The notes: generated by a model not told the origin, from the sequence alone. 64,000 bases of DNA from Oscillospiraceae bacterium (GCA_015064355.1 SVSJ01000004.1:22120-86119), one strand, 5' to 3'. Counted from the first letter of the stretch, positions 45,274 through 54,800 are shown. Made by a program: numbers and translations.

Positions 45274-46494
45274 TTATCTGATTCCGTAGTTTTCGATAAC
45301 GTAGTCCATATCCTTGTCGCCTCTGCCGGAGAGGTTAATGAGGATGGAGCCGTGATCCATAGTCTTTGCAAGCTTCATACCGTAAGCAACAGCGTGTGCG
45401 CTTTCGATTGCGGGGATGATACCCTCCAGGCGCGCGAGCTTGAAGAATGCGTCGATCGTTTCTTCATCGTCGATTACGTCGTACTTAACTCTGCCGATCT
45501 CCTGAAGGAATGCGTGTTCAGGACCGGATGAGGGATAGTCAAGGCCGCTGGCTACAGAATAAACAGGGGCGGGATCGCCGTTTTCGTCCTTCAGCATAAT
45601 GCTGTTGAAGCCGTGCATGATTCCCTCTGTACCGTACTTCAGGCTGGCTGCGTGGTCACCAAGCTTGGGACCTCTGCCGAGAGGCTCGATACCGTAAATA
45701 TCAACAGGATCATTGAGAAAGCCTGCAAAGAGACCTGCCGCATTGGAGCCGCCGCCTACGCATGCTACGATTGACGTAGGCAGGTGACCTGTCATATCAA
45801 TAAACTGTTCTCTCGCTTCGATACCAACAACGCTCTGGAAGTCACGAACCATCATAGGGAACGGATGAGGACCGAGAACGGAGCCGATGCAGTAGATAGC
45901 GTCATTATACTCCTTGCTGTATGCGTCGAATGCCGCGTCAACAGCTTCCTTAAGAGTCTGGAGACCGTGTGTAACCTCGATTACGTTTGCGCCGAGGATT
46001 TTCATTCTTGCAACGTTGGGAGCCTGCTTCTTAATGTCAACAGAGCCCATGTAAATATCGCACTGAAGTCCGAAATATGCTGCCGCGGTAGCAAGAGCAA
46101 CGCCGTGCTGACCTGCGCCCGTTTCAGCGATAACCTTCTTCTTACCCATATAAGACGCGAGAAGTGCTTCACCCATACAGTGATTCAGCTTGTGAGCGCC
46201 GGAGTGGTTAAGGTCCTCACGCTTTGCGTAAAGCTGTACCTTTCCGCCGAGGGCGTCAGAAAGTCTTTCGAGATGAGATACAGGGGTAGGTCTGCCCTGG
46301 AATTCTTTTCTGATTCTGCGAAGCTCTGCAATGAACTTTCTTGACTGAGCAATGGAGAAATAAGCCTCTGTGATCTCAGCCATAGCCGCCTTCAGTTTAT
46401 CTTCGATATACACGCCGCCGTACTTACCGAAGTAGCCGTTTTTGTCCGGATAATTGTTGTAATATGTTTCAAAATCCACGTTATTGATCTTCAT
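45274..46494 (-). CDS. trpB: Tryptophan synthase beta-chain-like PLP enzyme (no trpA or other trp genes in this window)
   Basis: 406 aa. [21 protein letters not shown] (PLP Lys), [35 protein letters not shown]. The HSGAHKLNH block differs from my recollection of the usual TrpB block (roughly HTGAHKINN). Confidence 0.85.
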   Translation of the reverse strand: MKINNVDFETYYNNYPDKNGYFGKYGGVYIEDKLKAAMAEITEAYFSIAQSRKFIAELRRIRKEFQGRPTPVSHLERLSDALGGKVQLYAKREDLNHSGAHKLNHCMGEALLASYMGKKKVIAETGAGQHGVALATAAAYFGLQCDIYMGSVDIKKQAPNVARMKILGANVIEVTHGLQTLKEAVDAAFDAYSKEYNDAIYCIGSVLGPHPFPMMVRDFQSVVGIEAREQFIDMTGHLPTSIVACVGGGSNAAGLFAGFLNDPVDIYGIEPLGRGPKLGDHAASLKYGTEGIMHGFNSIMLKDENGDPAPVYSVASGLDYPSSGPEHAFLQEIGRVKYDVIDDEETIDAFFKLARLEGIIPAIESAHAVAYGMKLAKTMDHGSILINLSGRGDKDMDYVIENYGIR

Positions 46495-46609
46495 TTTATT
46501 TCCTCCGATTATGTTTTGGTGTATTTATCTGGGTTAGGTTTTCTATTGTAAAATATGGCATCGCCATCGTTTTCCCGGTTCAGGTTTAAGCGGTATCATA
46601 TAAACCTCC

Positions 46610-46920
46610 AAAAATGAAAAATCCCCGACAGAGTCTCTATCTGTCAAGGACGAATATACAAGTATCCGCGGTGCCACCTTGATTCACGAGTAACCGTGCG
46701 CTTGCGAGATACGGCAAAAGCGATATCCCCGACAACTAACGTATGCCAACACGTTGCATAATACTCTCGCATAGTGCGATTTCTGTGCACCCTCCGCGGT
46801 CCATTCAAATCCCAAGGGATCCGGCATTTCTGCTGACGACTTGTTTCTTACCCGATTCTCATCATCTCAGGCTCTCTGTGAAGTCATTATCGCCTTTATT
46901 TCCGCTTCAACGGTTTATGA
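46610..46920 (-). promoter_or_regulatory. T-box riboswitch leader, tryptophan (UGG) specifier
   Basis: On the minus strand: AGAGAG Stem-I element; specifier context GAA-UGG-A (UGG = 46801-46803); T-box sequence AAGGUGGCACCGCGG (46666-46680), in which UGGC can pair with a 3' GCCA acceptor end; 10-bp terminator hairpin (46622-46650) followed by UUUUUCAUUUUU. Confidence 0.8.
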
Positions 46921-46926
46921 TAATAA

Positions 46927-46955
46927 AGTATACCACTATATTATATGTTTGTCAA
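46927..46955 (-). promoter_or_regulatory. Sigma-A-type promoter driving the T-box leader
   Basis: On the minus strand: TTGACA (46950-46955), 17-nt spacer, TATACT (46927-46932). Confidence 0.55.
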
Positions 46956-47009
46956 GAGCTTTTTTCATTTTTTCAACCCTACTTTACTCCCCCTCGGGAA
47001 TTGTTATTA

Positions 47010-47038
47010 TTGACAAATCAGCCGCGTCATTGTATACT
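47010..47038 (+). promoter_or_regulatory. Sigma-A-type promoter for the arabinose operon
   Basis: TTGACA (47010-47015), 17-nt spacer, TATACT (47033-47038). Confidence 0.5.
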
Positions 47039-47077
47039 TAAAATATGAAATAATCGGTAAATTAGGAGTACTATTTT

Positions 47078-48625
47078 ATGAGTAAAATCCAAATGATGGG
47101 CAAGACCTCACTTGGTATCGAGCTTGGCTCTACCAGAATCAAGGCGGTGGCTACCGACGGTGATCACACCCCTGTTTCCTCCGGCGACTACACCTGGGCA
47201 AGCAGATTCGAAAACGGTATCTGGACATATGATATTCCCGAGGTTTGGACAGGCCTAAAAACCGCACTCCGCGGAGTCAGTGACCGTGAGAATGTTGGTG
47301 TCATGGGTATTTCCGCAATGATGCACGGCTATCTTGTGTTTGACAAGGACTGGAACCTCCTCACACCCTTCCGCACCTGGCAGAACACTATCACTGCCCA
47401 ATCCGCAAAAGAGCTGACAGAGCTGTTTGGGTTCAATATCCCCCAGCGCTGGAGCATTGCACACATTTATCAGGCAGTGCTGAACGGTGAGGAGCACGTT
47501 TCAAGGATTGCCCATCTCACGACTCTTGCAGGTTACGTTCACTATATGCTCACCGGTGTTAACGCCGTTGGCATGGGCGAGGCATCCGGTATGTTCCCCA
47601 TTGACAGCGACAAGCTGTGCTTTGACGAGGAAATGGTAGCGAAGTTTGACAAGCTGACCGCAGAAAAAGGTGTTAACTGGAAGATCACCGACGTGCTTCC
47701 GAAGATCCTTCTTGCAGGTGAAGCTGCAGGCGAGATCACAGAAGAGGGTTCAAAGCTCATCGACGGTCTCCTTCCTGCAGGAATACCTCTCTGCCCTCCC
47801 GAAGGTGATGCAGGCACGGGTATGACCGCAACAAACGCTGTAGCACCCAGAACTGGTAACGTTTCCGCAGGAACTTCAATTTTCTCAATGGTAGTTCTCG
47901 AAAAGCCTCTTACCAAGGTTTACGAAGAGATCGACATGGTTACGACCCCTACAGGCAAGCCCGTTGCAATGGTACACGGTAACAACTGCACCAATGACAC
48001 AAATGCCTGGGCAAAGGTTTTACGCGAGACAGCGGAGCTTTTCGGAGCGGACGTTTCCACAGCCGAGCTTTACACCAAACTCTATGAAAAGAGCCTTGAA
48101 GGGGATGCGGACTGCGGCGGAATCATGGTTTGCAACTATCTTGCAGGCGAGGGTGTTACCCACATGGACGAGGGCAGACCTCTTGTAGCCCGTCGCGCTG
48201 ACAGCAAGTTCACCCTGGCAAACTTCTTCCGCTCACAGCTTTACTCCACTATGGCAACTCTCAAGATCGGTATGGACATTCTTGAGGGCGAAAACGTAGC
48301 ACTTGACACTCTCACAGGTCACGGCGGACTGTTCAAGACACCGGTTGTAGGTCAGAAGTACATGGCGGCGGCTTGTAATGCTCCCGTAACTTGCATGGAG
48401 ACAGCAGGCGAAGGCGGCCCCTACGGTATGGCACTCCTTGCGGCATATCTCGCTAACAAGGACGAGGGTGAGACCCTTGAGGACTACCTCTCACACAAGG
48501 TTTTTGCAAATGCAAAGAGCACAACCCTTGCTCCAGATCCCGCTGACGTGGACGGATTTAACAAGTACATGATACAGTACCGCGCTCTCCTCGAGGTAGA
48601 ACGTGCTGCTGTCGCAAATATATGA
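47078..48625 (+). CDS. FGGY-family carbohydrate kinase, probable L-ribulokinase by operon context
   Basis: 515 aa. The N-terminus [13 protein letters not shown] is an actin-like ATPase phosphate-1 motif. The sequence is unlike my recollection of Bacillus AraB. Placed directly upstream of araA and araD. Confidence 0.75.
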   Translation: MSKIQMMGKTSLGIELGSTRIKAVATDGDHTPVSSGDYTWASRFENGIWTYDIPEVWTGLKTALRGVSDRENVGVMGISAMMHGYLVFDKDWNLLTPFRTWQNTITAQSAKELTELFGFNIPQRWSIAHIYQAVLNGEEHVSRIAHLTTLAGYVHYMLTGVNAVGMGEASGMFPIDSDKLCFDEEMVAKFDKLTAEKGVNWKITDVLPKILLAGEAAGEITEEGSKLIDGLLPAGIPLCPPEGDAGTGMTATNAVAPRTGNVSAGTSIFSMVVLEKPLTKVYEEIDMVTTPTGKPVAMVHGNNCTNDTNAWAKVLRETAELFGADVSTAELYTKLYEKSLEGDADCGGIMVCNYLAGEGVTHMDEGRPLVARRADSKFTLANFFRSQLYSTMATLKIGMDILEGENVALDTLTGHGGLFKTPVVGQKYMAAACNAPVTCMETAGEGGPYGMALLAAYLANKDEGETLEDYLSHKVFANAKSTTLAPDPADVDGFNKYMIQYRALLEVERAAVANI

Positions 48626-48648
48626 TAATTATTCGGAGGATATAAATT

Positions 48649-50115
48649 ATGAAGCAGTATAACTTTTGGTTTGTAGTAGGATCACAGTTTTTGTACGGTA
48701 ACGAAGTTCTAGAAACCGTAGAAGCACGTGCAAAGGAAATGGCTGAGAAGATGTCCCGGTCTCTTCCCTTTCCCCTGCTCTACAAGGTCACAGCAAAGAC
48801 AAATAAGGAAATCACCGACATTGTAAAAGAAGCAAATTACGATGACACCTGTGCAGGTATTATTACCTGGTGTCACACTTTCTCCCCCAGCAAGATGTGG
48901 ATCAACGGTCTCGCAAATCTCGCGAAGCCTTACTGCCACTTTGCTACACAGTACAATCGCGAGATCCCCAACGATGAGATCGACATGGATTTCATGAACC
49001 TCAACCAGGCGGCTCACGGCGACCGTGAACACGGTTTTATTGCCGCACGTCTTCGTATGCCTCGTAAGGTAATTGCGGGCTTCTGGGCCGATAAGGAGCC
49101 TCTCAAGCGCATCGGAGACTGGATGAAGGCAGCAGTTGGTGTTGCTGTATCAAAGGATCTCAAGGTAATGCGTTTCGGCGACAATATGCGCGAGGTTGCA
49201 GTTACTGAGGGCGACAAGGTTGAAGTTCAGACAAAGCTTGGCTGGCAGGTCAACACTTGGGCAGTTGGCGATCTTGTAAAGGAGATGAACGCTGTAACAG
49301 AGGCAGAAATCGACGCGCTCGTAAAAGAATACCTCTCCGAATATGACGTTAACACTCCCAACATGGAAGCTATCCGTTACCAGGCGCGCGAAGAGATCGC
49401 TATGCAGAAGATGATGGACAGAGAGGGCTGCCTTGCATTCTCCAACACGTTCCAGGATCTTTACGGTATGGAGCAGCTCCCCGGCCTTGCGTCACAGCAT
49501 CTTATGGCTAAGGGTTACGGCTACGGCGGTGAGGGCGACTGGAAGGTTTCCGCAATGACCGCTATTATGAAGGCAATGGGCGAAGGCGGCAACGGTGCAT
49601 CCGCATTTATGGAAGACTATACATATCACCTTGAAGCAGGCCGCGAATACAGTCTTGGCGCACATATGCTTGAGGTTTGCCCCAGTCTTGCAGGAGACAA
49701 GCCCAGAATTGAGACACACCATCTCGGCATCGGTATGAACGAAAAGGACCCTGCCCGCCTTGTATTTGAAGGCAAGGAAGGACCCGCTATCGTTGTTTCT
49801 CTCGTTGATATGGGCGGCAGACTCCGTCTTATCGTTCAGGATATCGAATGTGTTAAGCCCATTATGCCTATGCCTAATCTCCCCGTTGCTCGCGTAATGT
49901 GGAGAGCTATGCCCGACCTTACAACCGGCGTTGAGTGCTGGATCACTGCAGGCGGCGCACACCACACGGTACTCTCCTACGACGTTTCTGCTGAGCAGAT
50001 GAAGGACTGGGCAAGAATGATGGATATCGAGTTCGTTCACATTACCAAGGACACCACAGTTGACGGTCTTGAAAAGGAACTGTTCCTCAACGACCTTGCG
50101 TGGAAGCTGAAATAA
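48649..50115 (+). CDS. araA: L-arabinose isomerase
   Basis: 488 aa. The N-terminus FWFVVGSQFLYG and overall collinearity match AraA. Confidence 0.93.
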   Translation: MKQYNFWFVVGSQFLYGNEVLETVEARAKEMAEKMSRSLPFPLLYKVTAKTNKEITDIVKEANYDDTCAGIITWCHTFSPSKMWINGLANLAKPYCHFATQYNREIPNDEIDMDFMNLNQAAHGDREHGFIAARLRMPRKVIAGFWADKEPLKRIGDWMKAAVGVAVSKDLKVMRFGDNMREVAVTEGDKVEVQTKLGWQVNTWAVGDLVKEMNAVTEAEIDALVKEYLSEYDVNTPNMEAIRYQAREEIAMQKMMDREGCLAFSNTFQDLYGMEQLPGLASQHLMAKGYGYGGEGDWKVSAMTAIMKAMGEGGNGASAFMEDYTYHLEAGREYSLGAHMLEVCPSLAGDKPRIETHHLGIGMNEKDPARLVFEGKEGPAIVVSLVDMGGRLRLIVQDIECVKPIMPMPNLPVARVMWRAMPDLTTGVECWITAGGAHHTVLSYDVSAEQMKDWARMMDIEFVHITKDTTVDGLEKELFLNDLAWKLK

Positions 50116-50177
50116 TCGGGACGTCGAGGACGCCGTCCCCTACAAATTGAATTTTCGTTTGAAACAAGGAGCAAAAA

Positions 50178-50879
50178 ATGCTTGAACAACTGAAAGAGAT
50201 AGTTTGCAAAGCCAATCTGGAATTGCCGAAATACGGTCTGGTTACTTTCACTTGGGGTAACGTGTCCGGCGTTGACCGTGAAAGCGGACTTATGGTTATC
50301 AAGCCCAGCGGTGTTGAATACGACAACATGACACCCGAGGACATGGTTGTGGTTTCTCTTGAAACCGGTGAGCGGGTGGAGGGCAAATGGAAGCCTTCTT
50401 CCGACACTGCCACCCACGTTGCGCTGTATAACGCGTTCCCCACCCTAGGCGGTATCGTTCATACCCACTCCCGCTATGCTACGTCATTTGCACAGGCAGG
50501 TCGTGGAGTTCCCGCTTACGGCACAACACACGGAGATTATTTCTACGGTGAGATCCCCTGCACTCGCAAGATAACACCCGAGGAGATCGGCGGCGCATAC
50601 GAGCACGAAACCGGCAACGTGATAATTGAGACCTTCCGAACCCGCAATATTGATCCCGCTATGGTTCCTGCGGCACTGGTTTACAGCCACGGACCTTTCT
50701 CCTGGGGCAAATCCCCCGAGGAAGCGGTGCACAACGCGGTAGTTCTCGAGGAATGCGCTCTTATGGCAATTCAGACCGAGGCGCTGAACCCGAATATCAC
50801 GCCAATGCAGTCGGAGCTTCTGGACAAGCATTTCCTCCGCAAGCACGGCGCGAATGCGTATTACGGGCAGGAGAAATAA
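50178..50879 (+). CDS. araD: L-ribulose-5-phosphate 4-epimerase
   Basis: 233 aa. [50 protein letters not shown] closely parallels enterobacterial AraD. Confidence 0.95.
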   Translation: MLEQLKEIVCKANLELPKYGLVTFTWGNVSGVDRESGLMVIKPSGVEYDNMTPEDMVVVSLETGERVEGKWKPSSDTATHVALYNAFPTLGGIVHTHSRYATSFAQAGRGVPAYGTTHGDYFYGEIPCTRKITPEEIGGAYEHETGNVIIETFRTRNIDPAMVPAALVYSHGPFSWGKSPEEAVHNAVVLEECALMAIQTEALNPNITPMQSELLDKHFLRKHGANAYYGQEK

Positions 50880-50884
50880 ACAGT

Positions 50885-51205
50885 ATGTCGAAGGAATTAC
50901 TGATTGAAGTTCACTGCACAAAGGAATGGGACGATAACGGCAGTAACGAACGCCCTGCATACTGCAAAGAGAGTGTTTGTTATGACTGCATGTTCAATAA
51001 ATGCCCATATGCCACGTTCACATCACACGAAAATGCACTGTGCTACATAGGCAAGGATGCTTTAGCGGAAAATATTATTTCTTTCGGTGGAGAAATGCTC
51101 CCTGACGGTATGGATGAAGAGAAAGCCCTTTGTCTTTGGAAGCAGATATCCGAGAAAAAGATTAACGAAGCTTACCGCGAATATTTTAATGAAATATCCA
51201 AATAA
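50885..51205 (+). CDS. Small Cys-rich hypothetical protein (106 aa)
   Basis: ATG 50885 lies 5 nt after the araD stop; aggag is 13 nt upstream. Seven Cys, including C27-x4-C32-x2-C35-x4-C40. The start within the longer 50753 ORF is uncertain. Confidence 0.45.
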   Translation: MSKELLIEVHCTKEWDDNGSNERPAYCKESVCYDCMFNKCPYATFTSHENALCYIGKDALAENIISFGGEMLPDGMDEEKALCLWKQISEKKINEAYREYFNEISK

Positions 51206-51227
51206 ATATCCATACGCATGGTTGGTA

Positions 51228-51420
51228 TCTTGTTTTGCCTTCCTCCGGGAGGAAGGGGAACCGCTGGCGGTGGAAGGAGAATGCGTCACCTTGGAATCAG
51301 ATTAAATTAATTGTAACGCACTCTCCCTCAGTCACTTCGTGACAGCTCCCTCCCGGAAGGAGCCTACAGCTACAGTAATATGCTTACAGTACCATCCTCT
51401 ATTGAACAACTCAATAGTCG
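51228..51420. repeat. GC-rich hairpin cluster, related in style to 10241-10511
   Basis: 19-nt near-perfect palindrome ccttcctcc-g-ggaggaagg (51238-51256), gtcacTTCgtgac (51331-51343), gctcc..ggagc (51345-51363), ctattga..tcaatag (51399-51417). Confidence 0.5.
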
Positions 51421-51445
51421 CGTAGTTTTCGTAATACAACTAAAT

Positions 51446-51486
51446 AACAAAAGCTCTGCGGACATATCGTCTACAGAGCTTTTTTA
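51446..51486. terminator. Bidirectional terminator
   Basis: agctctg (51452-51458) pairs with cagagct (51474-51480), flanked by an A-rich run and ttttt. Abuts the stop of the minus-strand XpaC-like gene. Confidence 0.65.
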
Positions 51487-52719
51487 TTATTCTTTTTTCG
51501 CAGCTGCGGCACCACTAGATATATCATCGCTGATCTCGTCGGTGTAGCCGTTCATCATAGCGGCAATATCATAATTGCTCTTACCGCCGATGCCGTCCTT
51601 TTGCATCATTGCTTCAAGAACTGCGATGTCGCTGGAAATATCAATGGACTCGTTCTTGAAAAGTTGGTCAACCTGTCCTTCAAATCCCACAGCCAGCATA
51701 TCAAGGGTCTTTTCGATGTTTTCCTTTGACTTCTTCATGTTTTCTCCGGCAACCCCTACCCGCTCGATCCTGCTGTAAGATTCAAGAAGCTTCAAGGTCG
51801 TGGGGAGATAATAATTCATAAATGTGCGGATCTGGGGCATTGCCTCCAGGTGATCTGTGACGTAATCGAAAATGTTTTTCGTGTGTCCTTCGATCTTGTA
51901 GATACGGTCGGAAACCTCTTCGTCCTTGATCTCGTCGTTAAGTCGGCGGATCTCGCGAATTATTGCGGCAAAGTTATCCTCGGTCTCACTACCCGTTTTC
52001 TTTTCTTCTGCCGGCTTCTCATCGTCCACTGTTTTATCCTTGGTGAATACGTTTCCGTATACCTTGCGGTAATCGAACTGCTCTGGCTCGTCGGGAGTCG
52101 CATCCGGAGTACGCATAAAGTTGTTTGTACCCAGATCAATGTACGCTGTTTCGCCGAATTCGCCCTTGTCGATCATTCGCTGAACGTCTTTTCTCACACG
52201 CTTCAGGCTTTCGTTTGAAGCCGCGGCGATCTTTGTGAGATTCAGACTCTGTTTATTACCGATCAGCGTGCGAATACGTGCATAGCGGACGTCACGCTCC
52301 TTGACAGCCTTTGAGCCGAGAAGGAATCCACCTGCCGCTACAATGAACGGGAGGACTCCAACAAGAAACGCGCCGAGAATTGATGGGAACTGCAGATGGA
52401 ACAAGTCTAAAGAAATTGCAGAAATGAACGACAGAACAAGAGACGCGATGCAGCCCAAAATCATCAAACCGTATGCAGGAGAAGATTTCTTCTTGCCTGC
52501 ACTTTTCTTCTTGGCGGGAGCTTTGTGTTCCTGGCTGTTCATTGAGGTATGATAATATGGGTTATTACCGCTTTTTTCTTCGTTCTTTTCGCTTGATTTC
52601 AAGCTTGAAGAAATGCTGCGAAGAACCACAAGAATACCACCGATAACCGGATTGATGAAAAACGCCAACACGATTATTGGAATGGGCACGTCAAAGCTGA
52701 ATTTGTTTTTGTTTGCCAA
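51487..52719 (-). CDS. Membrane protein with an XpaC-like (5-bromo-4-chloroindolyl phosphate hydrolysis protein family) C-terminal domain
   Basis: 410 aa. Two N-terminal TM regions separated by a Lys-rich linker. The C-terminal helical domain ..IYKIEGHTKNIFDYV..MNYYLPTTLKLLESY.. is typical of the family. Confidence 0.55.
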   Translation of the reverse strand: MANKNKFSFDVPIPIIVLAFFINPVIGGILVVLRSISSSLKSSEKNEEKSGNNPYYHTSMNSQEHKAPAKKKSAGKKKSSPAYGLMILGCIASLVLSFISAISLDLFHLQFPSILGAFLVGVLPFIVAAGGFLLGSKAVKERDVRYARIRTLIGNKQSLNLTKIAAASNESLKRVRKDVQRMIDKGEFGETAYIDLGTNNFMRTPDATPDEPEQFDYRKVYGNVFTKDKTVDDEKPAEEKKTGSETEDNFAAIIREIRRLNDEIKDEEVSDRIYKIEGHTKNIFDYVTDHLEAMPQIRTFMNYYLPTTLKLLESYSRIERVGVAGENMKKSKENIEKTLDMLAVGFEGQVDQLFKNESIDISSDIAVLEAMMQKDGIGGKSNYDIAAMMNGYTDEISDDISSGAAAAKKE

Positions 52720-52765
52720 TTTTCCGCAGCACTCCTTTGCTAAAGATTTGTGTTTTTATCAGTTA

Positions 52766-53485
52766 TCAGTCGAGAGTCTTGAGGTATTCGATGCAACGCT
52801 TAACTTCTTCGGGACCGGAGGGAGAGAGGCTTTCGCTTTCAACTACGATACCGAAACCAAGTTCCTGAGCCTTGGCCTTAACAGCCGCAACAGGAGCATT
52901 ACCGCTACCGAGAGAGCAGCCCTTACCGTCGGGAGAGCCGTCCTTCAGGTGGATAACGCGGATTCTGTCCTTCAGTCTCTCAAGTGTTGCAATGGGATCC
53001 TGCTTACCAACAAATGCCCAATATGTATCAATTTCAAAGAAGATGTCAGCGCGTTCTTCAAGTTCCTTGTGGATCTGGTAACCTTCGGGCATGATCTCAA
53101 ATTCGATGTGGTGGTTGTGGAAACCAAGCTCGATTCCGTGTTCGCGAAGCTTGGGGGCAACCATATTGCACTGGTCAATGAACTCGTCGAGCTTTTCGCG
53201 GGTGCTGAGGTCGTGACCGGGGATAATATAGTACTTATTTCCGATGGTCTTGTGGAACTTAACTGTCTCGTCGAAGTTGTTTACAAGGTCTGCAAGTCCG
53301 GTGTGTGTACCTGCGCACTCAAGGCCGTATTCGTCAAGCCAAGACTTGATGTCTTCAGCAGAATTGCCGAAAAAGCCTGCAAATTCTATTGTTTTGTAAC
53401 CGATCTCAGCCGCTACCTTGAGGGCTTCCTTAAGATCTGTTTCAGCCACGTCGCGGAGGCTGTACATCTGGATACCGTATTTCAT
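52766..53485 (-). CDS. Sugar-phosphate isomerase/epimerase (xylose-isomerase-like TIM barrel)
   Basis: 239 aa. MKYGIQMYSLRD.., IEFAGFFG, GFHNHHIEFE, IHLKD fit the AP-endonuclease-2/TIM-barrel family. Confidence 0.8.
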   Translation of the reverse strand: MKYGIQMYSLRDVAETDLKEALKVAAEIGYKTIEFAGFFGNSAEDIKSWLDEYGLECAGTHTGLADLVNNFDETVKFHKTIGNKYYIIPGHDLSTREKLDEFIDQCNMVAPKLREHGIELGFHNHHIEFEIMPEGYQIHKELEERADIFFEIDTYWAFVGKQDPIATLERLKDRIRVIHLKDGSPDGKGCSLGSGNAPVAAVKAKAQELGFGIVVESESLSPSGPEEVKRCIEYLKTLD

Positions 53486-53586
53486 TTTGGTGTACCGTCC
53501 TTAAACTGATTTGGTGTTTTACCATTAATAATTATTATATCAAATACACTTGATGATTTCAATATATTTATGCAAAAATTACGGAA

Positions 53587-54330
53587 TTAATGCGCCCGGG
53601 AATAAATAAACGAGCGGCCGGACTTGCCGTTTTTCTCGATCACACCGCGAGCTTCCATTACCTTGACGACTGCTTGAGCCGTGTAGGTGTCAATTTTTGC
53701 GCCCTTCGCGAAATCCTTTACGGTGAAGTTCTCCGTACATTCCTCGGGGATATATTTGATATAGTCCTCGTCTGTGTTTATCTCTATCATGTCAAACACA
53801 TCCGTGGGGATCCGCTCGAATCTGTGGGCGCCACGCTTCTTGTCGTAGCTCCACCCGTCAAGCAGCTTGTATTCGTCCATTTCAAGGAGCATTACCACAA
53901 CGTTCAGGTTCTCGTGCTTCACATGAGGCAGTATGCGGACAAGCTCAAAGAGAGCGTCGTAAACGTTCTCCTTCTTTGGCGACGGTCTGCGGGATGTTAT
54001 CTTTTTTGTGTCGGGGTCGATCCACGAAACGTACTTCTTTGCCGCCAAGGGATACACCAGATTCACCTTGTATTCCGGCAGATACGCCGCAAGCTTTGGG
54101 CCGAGACCTGAAAAACCGTGAGTCTCGATCTCTGTAATAACACTCCCCCGACGGATATCTGCGATAAATCCGTTTGTAGGCACCTCGTGGTAGTCTTCGT
54201 TCTCCTCGAAATATCTCTTCATTGCAAGGTGAAGAGTTTTTTCTTTGTATGTACCTATGTTGAATCGTTCGTGGACGTCAAAGGTCAAGTCGTAGGTTAT
54301 CTTATAAAATCTTGCTTTGTTCAGTATCAT
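53587..54330 (-). CDS. Hypothetical protein with a weak PD-(D/E)xK-like motif and a possible C-terminal winged-helix
   Basis: 247 aa. GFIADIRRGSVITEIET shows a D ... E-x-E pattern as in nuclease-fold cores. The C-terminus AKIDTYTAQAVVKVMEARGVIEKNGKSGRSFIY looks wHTH-like. It starts 1 nt after the blaI-family stop. Confidence 0.6.
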   Translation of the reverse strand: MILNKARFYKITYDLTFDVHERFNIGTYKEKTLHLAMKRYFEENEDYHEVPTNGFIADIRRGSVITEIETHGFSGLGPKLAAYLPEYKVNLVYPLAAKKYVSWIDPDTKKITSRRPSPKKENVYDALFELVRILPHVKHENLNVVVMLLEMDEYKLLDGWSYDKKRGAHRFERIPTDVFDMIEINTDEDYIKYIPEECTENFTVKDFAKGAKIDTYTAQAVVKVMEARGVIEKNGKSGRSFIYSRAH

Positions 54331-54331
54331 A

Positions 54332-54721
54332 TCAGTGGTACTTTTCTTTCAGCCAAGCGAGGAGTGCTTCAATGTCTTCGTTGTTGAGCTTCTTGCCGCG
54401 GTAAAGTGAGCTCAAGAAATTGGCCACGGAACCCGAGTGATACTGCTCAACGAATCTGCTTGTCATCCTCTGGAGATACTCGTCGCGGTCAACAAGAGGT
54501 GTGTAGCATCTTTCCTTGCCTGTTTTGTATGATTCGATAAATCCCTTGTCGCAGAGTCGGTTGAGAAATGATATAAGGGTGGGTGCCTTCCAGCCTCTCT
54601 CCCTGCCTATGGCTTTCATAAGCTTTGGTGAGGTTACCGGTGCTTCAACGCTCCAGATCGCCAGCATAACGTCAAGCTCTGCGTCAGGCAGTTTGATATC
54701 GTAGATACTTGCTGTATCCAT
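54332..54721 (-). CDS. BlaI/MecI/CopY-family transcriptional repressor
   Basis: 129 aa. LPDAELDVMLAIW...TSPKLMKAIGRERGWKAPTLISFLNRLCDKGFI fits the penicillinase-repressor winged helix. Confidence 0.85.
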   Translation of the reverse strand: MDTASIYDIKLPDAELDVMLAIWSVEAPVTSPKLMKAIGRERGWKAPTLISFLNRLCDKGFIESYKTGKERCYTPLVDRDEYLQRMTSRFVEQYHSGSVANFLSSLYRGKKLNNEDIEALLAWLKEKYH

Positions 54722-54755
54722 ATTTCGTACCGTCCTTTTTCTTTTTCTTTACTAT

Positions 54756-54800
54756 ATTATACATATGCCTAATGTGTTTGTCAATGGGGTAGCATATGGT
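54756..54800 (-). promoter_or_regulatory. Promoter of the blaI-family operon with two CATATG-centred candidate operators
   Basis: On the minus strand: TTGACA (54779-54784), 17-nt spacer, TATAAT (54756-54761). CATATG cores at 54762-54767 and 54793-54798 are 31 nt apart. The distal one sits in TAcCATATGcTA. Confidence 0.45.

Noticed and set aside
52613-53509. 298-aa plus-strand ORF antisense to the TIM-barrel isomerase gene
   Set aside because: It spans the 3' end of one minus-strand gene and all of another. It has no motifs, and the minus-strand annotation explains the region.
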